A DNA stretch of 64,000 nucleotides from Shigella phage KNP5, in sequence record KX452698. One strand, given 5' to 3'. Positions within the stretch are counted from its first letter, which is position 1. Each line of letters opens with the position of its first letter. Below are positions 53,651 through 61,935 of this stretch, one piece after another. The notes beneath the pieces are model-generated. The model was not told the origin of the DNA, ran no database searches, and saw nothing but the letters and a program-made list of their open reading frames with translations. The position numbers were made by a program, and so were the translations under genes.

Positions 53651-53944
53651 ACTTCTTTCACAATTTTTTCCACTGAACCATGCACTTACCGCTTTCTTGG
53701 TCTCAGGAGCAGTGTTATCCATAAACCATTCAAAGGCAGCCTTTTTGTGATTCTGGAGGGCTTCTCGGGCTTTAATCTGCTCACGGTCTATTAACACTAA
53801 CATATGAGCCTTTCTTGTCACCATGGGCTTCTTATGATTTTTTGAATACTCCCAATCATTTGTCCATCGCATCGTTGTTGCGAACTGAAATACTGCTTCT
53901 TTAATTTTAGTTTCGTAAATTTCACGAGCCTTTGAGTATAACAT
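53642..53944 (-). CDS. hypothetical protein (about 100 aa)
   Basis: ATG 53944 is 5 nt after GGAGG; the ORF-track start at 53956 lacks an SD. Confidence 0.5.
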   Translation of the reverse strand: MLYSKAREIYETKIKEAVFQFATTMRWTNDWEYSKNHKKPMVTRKAHMLVLIDREQIKAREALQNHKKAAFEWFMDNTAPETKKAVSAWFSGKNCERSFF

Positions 53945-54045
53945 CACTACCTCCATTCACCAGTTTAATTCTAGTCATCTTTTTAATGGCAGTCCATATA
54001 ATCTATTTCTGAACTGCCTTTTTGTCATAGAAGTCCTCTTATGAA

Positions 54046-55014
54046 TTATTTCAGAAGAGTAACCTCAGCAATTTCTTCCCAACCGTTTTTGTCGGTCATA
54101 ATAAAGTCAGCAAGATAAAGAGCAGTACGCAGTGAAACATTGCGTAAACGATTAACATTAACTTTCATCCATGATAATGCTTTATAAGTTTCTTCATCAG
54201 AAAGACCGCGCTTTTGCATCATGTCAGTTGAAAGAATAACATCTTCAACCCTGACCATAATTTCTTCATTAGTGTGAACACCCAAATCCAAATAAACCGA
54301 GCGGGACACTAATGCTTGTAAATGTGGAGCAAGTTTAGTACCACGGTCTAATTCGCGGTCAATGTCAACGTTTGTGATAAAAACAATCGTTCCTTTAAAT
54401 TCAAACTCACGCTCAATGCCTTTTTCTTCTAAGTAAGAAGACGCAGTGCTCCAGCAGACTTTACGGGTCTCTCCAGTGTCCAGAGCGGCTTTTAGAAGAT
54501 TAAGAATGTCCATATCAGAGAAAACATCTACATCATCAATCAAAAGGACAGAATTCTCTTCACGATTATTCCAAAGCTGCTCATAAAGACCAATACCAGA
54601 GATTTTACCATTAATGCTTTTATATTCAATGTATCCAATATCATTTGCTTTATTTAAAGCTTTATCTAAAGAATACGTTTTACCAATACCTGCTGCGCCA
54701 GAGATAATCAATGAACGAATATTTCCATTAATAATACCATTCGTCATCATTCCCATAACATTAAATCTTTTATTAATGCGGGTTTTCATATCTTCATATG
54801 ATTCTTTAACTTCTTCAACTTTTACACCATCATATGAAATATCTGATTTGTAAACCCAAACACCGCGACGTTTACCGTCAATTTCAACAAAAACTTTACC
54901 ATCTCCTTGTGCATCTACCGGAGCATTATCTGGGAACCATTCGCCTAAGAGCTCAAAAGTTCCAGAGATTTCTTTACCGAAGTAGATACCCTTATTGATA
55001 GTTACAGTTTTCAT
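54046..55014 (-). CDS. AAA+/P-loop ATPase-like protein
   Basis: Walker A GAAGIGKT, Walker B VLLIDDVD, sensor-like FITN; ATG 55014 after GGAG; own early promoter. Confidence 0.7.
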   Translation of the reverse strand: MKTVTINKGIYFGKEISGTFELLGEWFPDNAPVDAQGDGKVFVEIDGKRRGVWVYKSDISYDGVKVEEVKESYEDMKTRINKRFNVMGMMTNGIINGNIRSLIISGAAGIGKTYSLDKALNKANDIGYIEYKSINGKISGIGLYEQLWNNREENSVLLIDDVDVFSDMDILNLLKAALDTGETRKVCWSTASSYLEEKGIEREFEFKGTIVFITNVDIDRELDRGTKLAPHLQALVSRSVYLDLGVHTNEEIMVRVEDVILSTDMMQKRGLSDEETYKALSWMKVNVNRLRNVSLRTALYLADFIMTDKNGWEEIAEVTLLK

Positions 55015-55045
55015 TTTATTCTCCAAATCCGTATCAGTTGATAGT

Positions 55046-55095
55046 TGTATAGTACCATAAAGCTTTATGCTTGTAAACCGTTTTGTGAAAAAATT
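55046..55095 (-). promoter_or_regulatory. T4-type early promoter
   Basis: gtaaac at 55073..55078, atagta at 55049..55054; A-rich upstream tract. Confidence 0.65.
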
Positions 55096-55102
55096 TTGAA
55101 AT

Positions 55103-55126
55103 AAAAAAGGGAGCCCGAAGGCTCCC
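55103..55126 (-). terminator. rho-independent terminator (GGGAGCCUUCGGGCUCCC followed by U6)
   Basis: 7-bp GC-rich stem with UUCG loop then a T-run, directly after the stop of the upstream gene. Confidence 0.7.
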
Positions 55127-55128
55127 TA

Positions 55129-56142
55129 TCATTTATAATAACTTCGGTGGTTTTCAAGATAAACCCTCTCAAGGAAGTCATCCCAGAAACCCATGTCTAC
55201 TTTTTGCTGCATACCGTTCTTAGAAGCTTCAATGGATGCTGCTTCTACTTGATCGACCACATCTTCCAAAAACTCTTGAACAGTTTTAAATGGATGTTTA
55301 CCCAACTTCACGTCGAGAATAAATGGAGCGTCTTGAAGTGGATAGACTAAGTCACCAGTTTTGTAAATTTCCAATAGTTGGAGTCCACCACGGCAAGCAT
55401 GACTCAGAGCTTTCCAGTCAATGCCCTCATTCGCTTCAGCCTTACGAGCACGTTCGCCGTATTCAGCATCAAGTTTATTCAAAGACTGCTTAAGCTCAAT
55501 AAGAGAAAGCGTTGTTTGATATTTACGACCCAACACAGTGTAGAACGTTTGTGGACCTGTTTTCTCATGATTATGGAATACCCATTCACAGAATTCGTTC
55601 TCTGGAAGACGATGCTTAATATCTTCAACTTTAGTTCGACGCTGCTTAATGGAACCGTCTTCTTGGTAATCAACCCATTGCTCAGGGATTTGATTAACTA
55701 CTTTCAACACATCACGTAATGCGGCCAAACGAGAACCCTTAACACCGTATTTAGAAGCTTGCTTGCGAACATATCCTAAGTAGGATTTCATGTTGGTCGT
55801 ATAAAAACGAGAACGGTTGTCTTGAATAAACTTCCATACATCAGGCAAATCAGATTTAACTACTAGTTCCGGTGGAGTGTGGAGCATATCCAATGCTACA
55901 GTTTCACCATCTGCTGCTAATTTAAAGAAATACTTAAGACTGTATAGTTCATGGTCAATATCATCTTTAGTGTTTTTAGATGATGTGTTGTTAGTGTTTT
56001 TACTCATATGCTCTTTAACATTTCCAATAAGAATATCGCGAGCAGGAGGAACAAAGATTTCTTTAAAATCTACATCAGATTCTGGAGTAGAAGTTCCATA
56101 AAGATGACTACCAAAATAGCTTTTCATTACTGTTTTCATCAT
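55129..56142 (-). CDS. nucleotidyltransferase-fold (pol-beta superfamily) protein
   Basis: N-terminal GS-x10-DVD motif (YFGSHLYGTSTPESDVDFKEIFV) and a downstream hDh (VALDMLH); 337 aa; last gene before the terminator. Confidence 0.6.
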   Translation of the reverse strand: MMKTVMKSYFGSHLYGTSTPESDVDFKEIFVPPARDILIGNVKEHMSKNTNNTSSKNTKDDIDHELYSLKYFFKLAADGETVALDMLHTPPELVVKSDLPDVWKFIQDNRSRFYTTNMKSYLGYVRKQASKYGVKGSRLAALRDVLKVVNQIPEQWVDYQEDGSIKQRRTKVEDIKHRLPENEFCEWVFHNHEKTGPQTFYTVLGRKYQTTLSLIELKQSLNKLDAEYGERARKAEANEGIDWKALSHACRGGLQLLEIYKTGDLVYPLQDAPFILDVKLGKHPFKTVQEFLEDVVDQVEAASIEASKNGMQQKVDMGFWDDFLERVYLENHRSYYK

Positions 56143-56600
56143 TCAGCCTTATATTCAATAACAGGACATACTTTAGCTTTACGCGCTTTTAAAAATTCGA
56201 CGATAATAGATTTCTTGGGTTGAATAGGAGGTAAACCTTTATACGCCCTATCAATATTTTCTACATGTAAAGCATAATCCTTTTTCCATTTATAATCTTT
56301 ATATTTTTCATGCAGTTGTGCAGGAATAACAAATGAACCAATAATAAGTAAAACAAGCAAAATGGCAAGTATAAATGCTGATGGAATAAGAGTCCATAAA
56401 CTACCAAAAATAAGCCATTTCTGCATGATTTCTGCACAGATAATAGTTAGACCTGCGAGTATAGTACATCCGAAAAAAGAAACGAAAAATGTAGGGATAA
56501 CAATAGACCAAAAGTATGCACACAGTGTCTTAGGTCGTTTCCATTCATCATTAAACAGTTTGAATAATTTATAGTGCCAAGAGTTTTCATTAATAATCAT
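56139..56600 (-). CDS. membrane protein (153 aa, two predicted TM helices)
   Basis: hydrophobic segments FWSIVIPTFFVSFFGCTILAGLTIICA and LIPSAFILAILLVLLIIGSFVI; ATGA overlap with the NTase-fold gene. Confidence 0.6.
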   Translation of the reverse strand: MIINENSWHYKLFKLFNDEWKRPKTLCAYFWSIVIPTFFVSFFGCTILAGLTIICAEIMQKWLIFGSLWTLIPSAFILAILLVLLIIGSFVIPAQLHEKYKDYKWKKDYALHVENIDRAYKGLPPIQPKKSIIVEFLKARKAKVCPVIEYKAE

Positions 56601-56602
56601 AA

Positions 56603-57124
56603 TTATCCTTTCATTGAAGGTGTAACAGTTGTTAAATACTTAATCATAGCTTCAGCTTCTGATTTTGATAATGAAATTTCTCCATTGTTTTGACGAATAG
56701 AAATAAAATCCGGATGACGGTCACCACCAGCTTTTAAAACACACATATAAGTATCAGTTTCATCTTCAATATCTGAAATAATTGAAGCAGTTCCGCATGA
56801 ATGTGGTTTTTGATAAATCAATGCAGCTTTTCTTCCACCGTTTGACTGTTCATAAACTTTTAACACATCAAACAAATCGCTTCTTTTATCAATAGCTAAG
56901 ATGTTGTTTTCATCTTCAATGTTAAATCCTTCGGATACTTCATAAAGTGTCACCCATAAATCACCTATATCGATAGTAGCATTTCCTTTTCCACGACTTT
57001 CAAGAATGTGACAAATTTTCTTAATTTCATCATAACTCATTTTAATAATATCATCTCCTTGACTAAGGAAGATGTCATTTTTAAATTCAACACGAATTAA
57101 ACCACTTTCACTTGAAATAAACAT
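56603..57124 (-). CDS. hypothetical protein, paralog B (173 aa)
   Basis: shares C-terminal motif KYLTTVTPSM with the upstream gene (KTYLDSVIPTM). Confidence 0.6.
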   Translation of the reverse strand: MFISSESGLIRVEFKNDIFLSQGDDIIKMSYDEIKKICHILESRGKGNATIDIGDLWVTLYEVSEGFNIEDENNILAIDKRSDLFDVLKVYEQSNGGRKAALIYQKPHSCGTASIISDIEDETDTYMCVLKAGGDRHPDFISIRQNNGEISLSKSEAEAMIKYLTTVTPSMKG

Positions 57125-57130
57125 ATTTCC

Positions 57131-57664
57131 TCACTTTGAAATCATAGTTGGAATGACAGAATCAAGATAAGTCTTTAGCGCAATAGCTTCGTCTTTGGTA
57201 AATGTGACAATATGCGATCGAAAATCGTCAATTTGACGAATAGTTAAGACATCTCCATCTTCATAGCATTTTGACACATTTAAAACAGTTTCATCATTCT
57301 GATTACAAGCGTTAGTAATAATAGCATTGCAATTTTTAAACCATTTTAAACTATGTTTTCTTTCATTAGAATAATAAAAATATTTAATCTTATCTATAAA
57401 ACTGTCCCAATAAATAACTGATAGGCATATTGACTCGCTTTCAATATTAAATCCTGGGCATGAAGAATAAAAATGAATTTTATGCTCATCATTAATGCTT
57501 ACTATTTTATCAGTATAAGGATATTCAATTTGGGTTAAATGAATGATTTCACTGGGCGTAAAATATAGCATATCGTCTTCTTGCGTCAAACGATACATAT
57601 TATTTACTTTTTCTATAGCCAATTCGCCAAAAAGTGGACTAACTTCTAATACTAATCGTTTCAT
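57131..57664 (-). CDS. hypothetical protein, paralog A (177 aa)
   Basis: ATG 57664 with AAGGA SD; paralog of 56603..57124. Confidence 0.55.
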   Translation of the reverse strand: MKRLVLEVSPLFGELAIEKVNNMYRLTQEDDMLYFTPSEIIHLTQIEYPYTDKIVSINDEHKIHFYSSCPGFNIESESICLSVIYWDSFIDKIKYFYYSNERKHSLKWFKNCNAIITNACNQNDETVLNVSKCYEDGDVLTIRQIDDFRSHIVTFTKDEAIALKTYLDSVIPTMISK

Positions 57665-57665
57665 A

Positions 57666-57944
57666 TTAATCCTTTTTACTGACATAAATTTGTTCTAAAA
57701 TTTTAGAGTATTCCTTTGTATCAGATTTACGTACAATCGATACACTATAAGGCATACTATCAGTGTCTTTTATAAAGCGTTCCAAATGACACTCTAACAA
57801 AATTTCTGGATTATAAATCGTGTACATCAAATTACCTGTTGCTCCACGATATTGACAGATTTCTACTGATTGAGCGTCATTCCACAATTTTGTTAAGACT
57901 AAATCACCTACTTCTAATTTCGGAAAGCTCACATTATTCACCAA
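57666..57944 (-). CDS. hypothetical protein (about 90 aa; non-ATG start)
   Basis: no in-frame ATG near the 5' end; GTG/TTG start candidates; start uncertain. Confidence 0.4.
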   Translation of the reverse strand: MVNNVSFPKLEVGDLVLTKLWNDAQSVEICQYRGATGNLMYTIYNPEILLECHLERFIKDTDSMPYSVSIVRKSDTKEYSKILEQIYVSKKD

Positions 57945-58122
57945 TTAAAGTTTCAATTAATTCTCTTAACTTAAAAGCTTGTTCACTTGTCATTACATAC
58001 TCCTTTGAATAATATCAATAATATTGTTCACCAGATTATAAGTAAACATTGGGTAATTATATTGAATCATCGCATACACAACAAACAAAACTTTCATTCT
58101 CTTCTCCTTGGCAGTTGACAAG

Positions 58123-58160
58123 ATTACTATATCATAACCTTGCCAACTTGTAAACCATTA
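58123..58160 (-). promoter_or_regulatory. T4-type early promoter (GTTTAC, 18 nt, TATAGT)
   Basis: gtaaac at 58150..58155 and actata at 58126..58131 on the plus strand, followed by AGGAG and short ORFs. Confidence 0.5.
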
Positions 58161-58331
58161 AATGACGTTTTCAATAAAATTCTGAAGCTTTGTGTGAGCA
58201 TCAACCATAATTTTCATTTCTTCCTTTGCGAAAGCTGTACCTCTTTCCCGAGAAGAATACTCATAGTCAGAAACTGCATTAGCGTATTCTTCAATTAGCT
58301 TCATTAAAAACATCTGCTTTTCAGTTTTCAT
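58158..58331 (-). CDS. hypothetical small protein (57 aa)
   Basis: my own translation MKTEKQMFLMKLIEEYANAVSDYEYSSRERGTAFAKEEMKIMVDAHTKLQNFIENVI. Confidence 0.4.
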   Translation of the reverse strand: MKTEKQMFLMKLIEEYANAVSDYEYSSRERGTAFAKEEMKIMVDAHTKLQNFIENVI

Positions 58332-58515
58332 TATTCCACCTAATCATTTCAAGATATTGAACTAACTTAGCTTTGGATTTATCCAAATCCTTTTTAGCTG
58401 CTTCTATACCATCGTATGAATATCCTTCACAATGCTCAACTGCCAATTGATATGAATCTATTTCAACATCACGTGCTAATTTAATGATTTTTTCAAACTG
58501 TTCACGTGTTAGCAT
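58321..58515 (-). CDS. hypothetical small acidic protein (64 aa)
   Basis: ORF. Confidence 0.5.
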   Translation of the reverse strand: MLTREQFEKIIKLARDVEIDSYQLAVEHCEGYSYDGIEAAKKDLDKSKAKLVQYLEMIRWNNEN

Positions 58516-58517
58516 AC

Positions 58518-58721
58518 TTAAACTCTCGTATTGTGATCGATAATTTCATCAAGAAACATATCTAAAGCTTCTACAGCATTATCAACTTTAGCTTCAAATT
58601 TTTCAATACCTTTATTTGCAATGCCTGACGAAAACCAAGCAAAGTCACTAAGTTCCTCATCTGCTTTGCGAATTAAAGCTACCAATTCTTTAATTTTATC
58701 TGCTTGTTCAATGCTAATCAT
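58518..58721 (-). CDS. hypothetical small protein (67 aa)
   Basis: ATG 58721 sharing one nt with the upstream stop (TAATG). Confidence 0.5.
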   Translation of the reverse strand: MISIEQADKIKELVALIRKADEELSDFAWFSSGIANKGIEKFEAKVDNAVEALDMFLDEIIDHNTRV

Positions 58722-58909
58722 TATTCCACCACATATGAAAGAGAGAATATTGCACACGCCATGTGAGTTGCAGCTTCATCACACATATCATAACGTTTCT
58801 TAAGAAGTTCTACAAGTTCTTCACTAGTAACTTCATCCATGTCGACGAAAAAATCACCATTAATGATGACGTAGATATTTCCTTCTTGATTGAGTGCTTC
58901 AATTTTCAT
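58721..58909 (-). CDS. hypothetical small protein (62 aa)
   Basis: ATG 58909 preceded by AGGAG and an early promoter. Confidence 0.5.
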   Translation of the reverse strand: MKIEALNQEGNIYVIINGDFFVDMDEVTSEELVELLKKRYDMCDEAATHMACAIFSLSYVVE

Positions 58910-58934
58910 GATGTTCTCCTCTTTATCCGATAGT

Positions 58935-58980
58935 TGTATAGTATCACAGCTCAAATGGAAAGTAAACCGGTAAAATGAAA
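58935..58980 (-). promoter_or_regulatory. T4-type early promoter
   Basis: gtaaac at 58962..58967, atagta at 58938..58943. Confidence 0.6.
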
Positions 58981-59001
58981 AAAGTCTCCCGAAGGAGACT
59001 A
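58980..59001 (-). terminator. rho-independent terminator (AGUCUCCUUCGGGAGACU followed by U6)
   Basis: stem-loop with UUCG loop followed by a T-run, directly after the 59005 stop. Confidence 0.7.
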
Positions 59002-59004
59002 ATG

Positions 59005-59391
59005 TTATTCGAGGGAAAGAAGATATTTACTCTGGTAAAACATCCCAGTAATATCATCTATCGTGCTTTGAATGGCTGGAGGCATTTCTTTATAAATGCT
59101 GTTAGATTGGTCTAGTATGCGATCAATCATTTTAATTGTGTCGGTAGGAAGTTTACTGGCATCTGGAATAGAAGGCGTGTATTTTCTACCAGAATACCCC
59201 AAATATTGCTCACCAAATTTATCAATCAAATCTGGCAACTCAGAGAAAATAAAATCGTATGCTTTGTGTCTAGCATAACTTTTAGTTTCAAAATGTGCAG
59301 AATGAAAATAAGCTTGTGCAGCCATTAATAAACCTAAGTATTCATCTGCCTTTGAAGGTTTTCCACTTTGTGAAAAGTCGCTGAATTTCAT
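59005..59391 (-). CDS. hypothetical protein (128 aa; position of T4 rI.-1)
   Basis: ORF with ATGA overlap to rI. Confidence 0.6.
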   Translation of the reverse strand: MKFSDFSQSGKPSKADEYLGLLMAAQAYFHSAHFETKSYARHKAYDFIFSELPDLIDKFGEQYLGYSGRKYTPSIPDASKLPTDTIKMIDRILDQSNSIYKEMPPAIQSTIDDITGMFYQSKYLLSLE

Positions 59392-59681
59392 TCAGTCTCC
59401 AATTTAATGTTCATAATTCTAGCGTATGATTGTGCCATCTCCGCGCCTCGCTCTATACATTCAAAATCGGAAGAGCACGGGTCATTTTTATAAGTCGTTC
59501 GCATAAAACTATAGAACTGTTCAGATGATTCTACGCTTTTATTTTCAAAAAGCATATAAACATGTCTAATACCAGATTCCATAAATTTATCAAAATGAGG
59601 ATCGACATTCGCTTCAATCGGTGGAGATAAAGCAAACGCTAATCCTAGCATGGCAAATAGTGCCGTTGCTTTTAAGGCCAT
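59388..59681 (-). CDS. rI: lysis inhibition regulator rI (periplasmic, signal-anchor)
   Basis: 97-aa ORF MALKATALFAMLGLAFALSPPIEA...; size and sequence as T4 rI. Confidence 0.85.
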   Translation of the reverse strand: MALKATALFAMLGLAFALSPPIEANVDPHFDKFMESGIRHVYMLFENKSVESSEQFYSFMRTTYKNDPCSSDFECIERGAEMAQSYARIMNIKLETE

Positions 59682-59693
59682 AAAGGCCTCCTA

Positions 59694-59906
59694 TCATTTT
59701 TGTCCTGTATTTACTTTATGCCGATGCACGGCCTTAACTTTATCAAGGTATTTTTCAAAATTTCGCAATCTAGTATAGTCTGCCGGAGATTGGTTGAGTG
59801 ATACTTCTCGACGCAAAGCTGAAATGATATTTCCAACTTCCCTACGAATTTCATCTAATTGAAGAACAGTAAGATTGCGAAGTTGCTTTTCAGTTAATTG
59901 TAGCAT
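59694..59906 (-). CDS. hypothetical protein (70 aa)
   Basis: ORF downstream of a late-promoter motif and AGGGG SD. Confidence 0.55.
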
Positions 59907-59932
59907 ATATACCCCTTTAGTTAGATAAACCT

Positions 59933-59940
59933 ATTTATAA
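59933..59940 (-). promoter_or_regulatory. T4 late promoter core TATAAATA
   Basis: exact TATAAATA on the minus strand, about 25 nt upstream of the ATG at 59906. Confidence 0.5.
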
Positions 59941-59948
59941 CTTTTGCA

Positions 59949-60530
59949 CTAACCGAGCTTTTTAGTTAATTCATTCCACTGTTTTCTACACAAAGAAACA
60001 TAAATTTCATCACCAATACAGATTTGATTACCTTCTTTAACTGGTGTTCCATCTTCCATTAATCGAGCTGTCATAATAGCTTTTTTACCACAATGACAAA
60101 CTGCTTTTAGTTCAATAAGTTTATCTGCAATCGCCAAAAGTTCTTTAGAACCTTCAAATAATTTTCCAGCGAAATCAGTCCTTAGACCATAAGCCATAAC
60201 AGGAACATTATATGTATCAACAATTCGGCTTAATTGATGCACCTGTTCAGTTTTTAAAAACTGGGCTTCATCTACAAATACACAATGAATATCTTTTTGT
60301 GCTTCTGCCCATTTATAGAACTCAAAAATATCCATATCATCCGTAATAATATTCGCTTCCTGTTTAATTCCAATGCGAGAAACGACTTCACAGACAGAAT
60401 CGCGAGTATCAATAGCAGGCTTAAGAACTAATACACCCATTCCGCGTTCTTTATAATTGTGTGCAGCAGTCAAAAGAGAAGCAGATTTTCCAGCATTCAT
60501 TGCTGCATAAGTAAAAATTAAACTCGCCAT
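59949..60530 (-). CDS. tk: thymidine kinase
   Basis: 193-aa ORF; P-loop AAMNAGKS; Cx2C...Cx2C zinc site; as T4 Tk. Confidence 0.93.
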   Translation of the reverse strand: MASLIFTYAAMNAGKSASLLTAAHNYKERGMGVLVLKPAIDTRDSVCEVVSRIGIKQEANIITDDMDIFEFYKWAEAQKDIHCVFVDEAQFLKTEQVHQLSRIVDTYNVPVMAYGLRTDFAGKLFEGSKELLAIADKLIELKAVCHCGKKAIMTARLMEDGTPVKEGNQICIGDEIYVSLCRKQWNELTKKLG

Positions 60531-60531
60531 C

Positions 60532-60720
60532 TTAGTCCTTAGTTAAATTTTCTAAATATGTTTCTAAATCATTTTCAGCTTTATCGATAGATTTTACTAA
60601 TTCGTAGTATGTTTCAGCATCTCCATAATCAGAAGATATTTCAAAAGACAAATCTTGTTCTAAACTAATAATTTCACCAACTAAAAATAATATTTCGTTC
60701 TTTTGTTCGCGAGTAATCAT
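60532..60720 (-). CDS. hypothetical small acidic protein (62 aa)
   Basis: ORF; paralogous to the next ORF (shared TREQKNEILFL / SKEQKDRLFSL N-termini). Confidence 0.55.
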   Translation of the reverse strand: MITREQKNEILFLVGEIISLEQDLSFEISSDYGDAETYYELVKSIDKAENDLETYLENLTKD

Positions 60721-60902
60721 AAGGAATTTATATAATTAATAAGTTCTTGTTCTTTATCGTCGAAATCTTTACACAGTTCTTCGTATTCATCGGTATTAAA
60801 AGGACCGCATTCATCACAAACTTTTTCCAATTCGCTATTTTTATCCATAACTTCGTGAATAAGAGAAAATAGTCTGTCTTTTTGTTCTTTGCTTAGGCTC
60901 AT
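60717..60902 (-). CDS. hypothetical small acidic protein (61 aa)
   Basis: ORF; ATGA overlap. Confidence 0.55.
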   Translation of the reverse strand: MSLSKEQKDRLFSLIHEVMDKNSELEKVCDECGPFNTDEYEELCKDFDDKEQELINYINSL

Positions 60903-61072
60903 ATATTAATTTCCAAAAGTTTTAAAATAATTCGCTTTTGCTTAAATATTTCCATAGTTAAATGATCAGTATCTTTTTGACCGATTCCAATGGCAAAACC
61001 TTTATTAACAGCGAGTTCAATTAAATTATCAAGTTCACGTAACACTTCATATTGTAGCTCAGAACTATTCAT
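60899..61072 (-). CDS. hypothetical small protein (57 aa)
   Basis: my own translation MNSSELQYEVLRELDNLIELAVNKGFAIGIGQKDTDHLTMEIFKQKRIILKLLEINI. Confidence 0.4.
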   Translation of the reverse strand: MNSSELQYEVLRELDNLIELAVNKGFAIGIGQKDTDHLTMEIFKQKRIILKLLEINI

Positions 61073-61275
61073 TTCGGTTTACCTTCTTTAACGAAATCAG
61101 GATAAGGATAAAATCCCGAATAAAATCCTTCACCTTTATGATTGATGCATCCTTTATTAGAACAATAGCACCAATAATCGAAATCACAAGCCATTTCATC
61201 ATTACATAAAGCAAAAACAACTGGCCATTCACACTTTTCGCAGTGTGCATTTTTAAGAATACTAGTTTGGCTCAT
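61069..61275 (-). CDS. small Cys-rich protein (68 aa, 8 Cys; probable zinc-binding)
   Basis: ATG 61275 (ATGA overlap); CEKCEW, CYCS and other Cys clusters. Confidence 0.5.
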   Translation of the reverse strand: MSQTSILKNAHCEKCEWPVVFALCNDEMACDFDYWCYCSNKGCINHKGEGFYSGFYPYPDFVKEGKPK

Positions 61276-61484
61276 AACCATGTAACCTTTAAGCAATATT
61301 CTTCTACGTGCTGTTTACGACCTTTCTTATCAATAAAGGTATATTCAACGAATGTTCCAATATAGTCTTTATTTACATCATGTGGACTATTAATTGGGCA
61401 TTTAGTACGGCAAATGCGTTCCCATTGACGAATAATTTCCACTCTGTTTTTAGGATCAAACGGATGCGGGTAATGTACTTTCAT
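61272..61484 (-). CDS. hypothetical protein (70 aa)
   Basis: ORF; overlaps the 3' end of the macro-domain gene by 29 nt. Confidence 0.45.
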   Translation of the reverse strand: MKVHYPHPFDPKNRVEIIRQWERICRTKCPINSPHDVNKDYIGTFVEYTFIDKKGRKQHVEEYCLKVTWL

Positions 61485-61935
61485 AATCCACCACTATTAA
61501 ATCAATATCAGGAGTAAACATGTCGATTAATTTAGAAACCTTGTCCCAATCACCACCAGCAATACCGCAACCTATGCGTGGAATGTAAATTACTGGTTTA
61601 AACAAAAGGGTTTCTGCCTGTAGATTTAATTCTATCATGCAGTTTACTAAAGCACCATAATCAAGATTAGGACCCGGTTCGTATTGCGTATACAAATTAT
61701 AGCATATACCAAATCCCGTAGGACTATGTTTAAAAACAATAGACATATCGCCTAATTTATCACGAGAACCGTACTCGGTAGTGGTTTTATCTATTTCTAA
61801 AATTTTGGGATAGGCTCTTGCTAATTGACCTGCTACGCCAGAGCCCATTGTGTGGAAGCAATTGCACCCGTGCGCAATAATATTACCTTGAAGAAATAGG
61901 GCGACAATATCGCCCTTGATATATTTTACAATCAT
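61456..61935 (-). CDS. macro-domain protein (ADP-ribose-binding / ADP-ribosyl-hydrolase fold)
   Basis: 159-aa ORF; KGDIV...IAHGCNCFHTMGSGVAGQLA and IYIPRIGCGIAGGDWDKV resemble the two glycine-rich macro-domain motifs. Confidence 0.65.
   Translation of the reverse strand: MIVKYIKGDIVALFLQGNIIAHGCNCFHTMGSGVAGQLARAYPKILEIDKTTTEYGSRDKLGDMSIVFKHSPTGFGICYNLYTQYEPGPNLDYGALVNCMIELNLQAETLLFKPVIYIPRIGCGIAGGDWDKVSKLIDMFTPDIDLIVVDYESTLPASV

Noticed and set aside
55129-56600. Calling the NTase plus 2-TM pair an outright CBASS or other defence system
   Set aside because: Only the generic NTase-fold signature is visible; no cyclase-specific features can be verified without profile or structure searches, and a defence system on a lytic phage would be atypical. 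It is kept as a hypothesis in the findings, not as a call.
56143-59004. An HNH homing endonuclease (mobD-like) expected by analogy with T4 between the nrdC block and rI
   Set aside because: No ORF in this interval shows HNH or GIY-YIG motifs; only small ORFs and the two paralogs are present.
61065-61250. 61-aa hydrophobic ORF overlapping the Cys-rich ORF in another frame
   Set aside because: The same DNA encodes the Cys-rich protein with a proper ATGA-coupled start; the alternate frame looks fortuitous.
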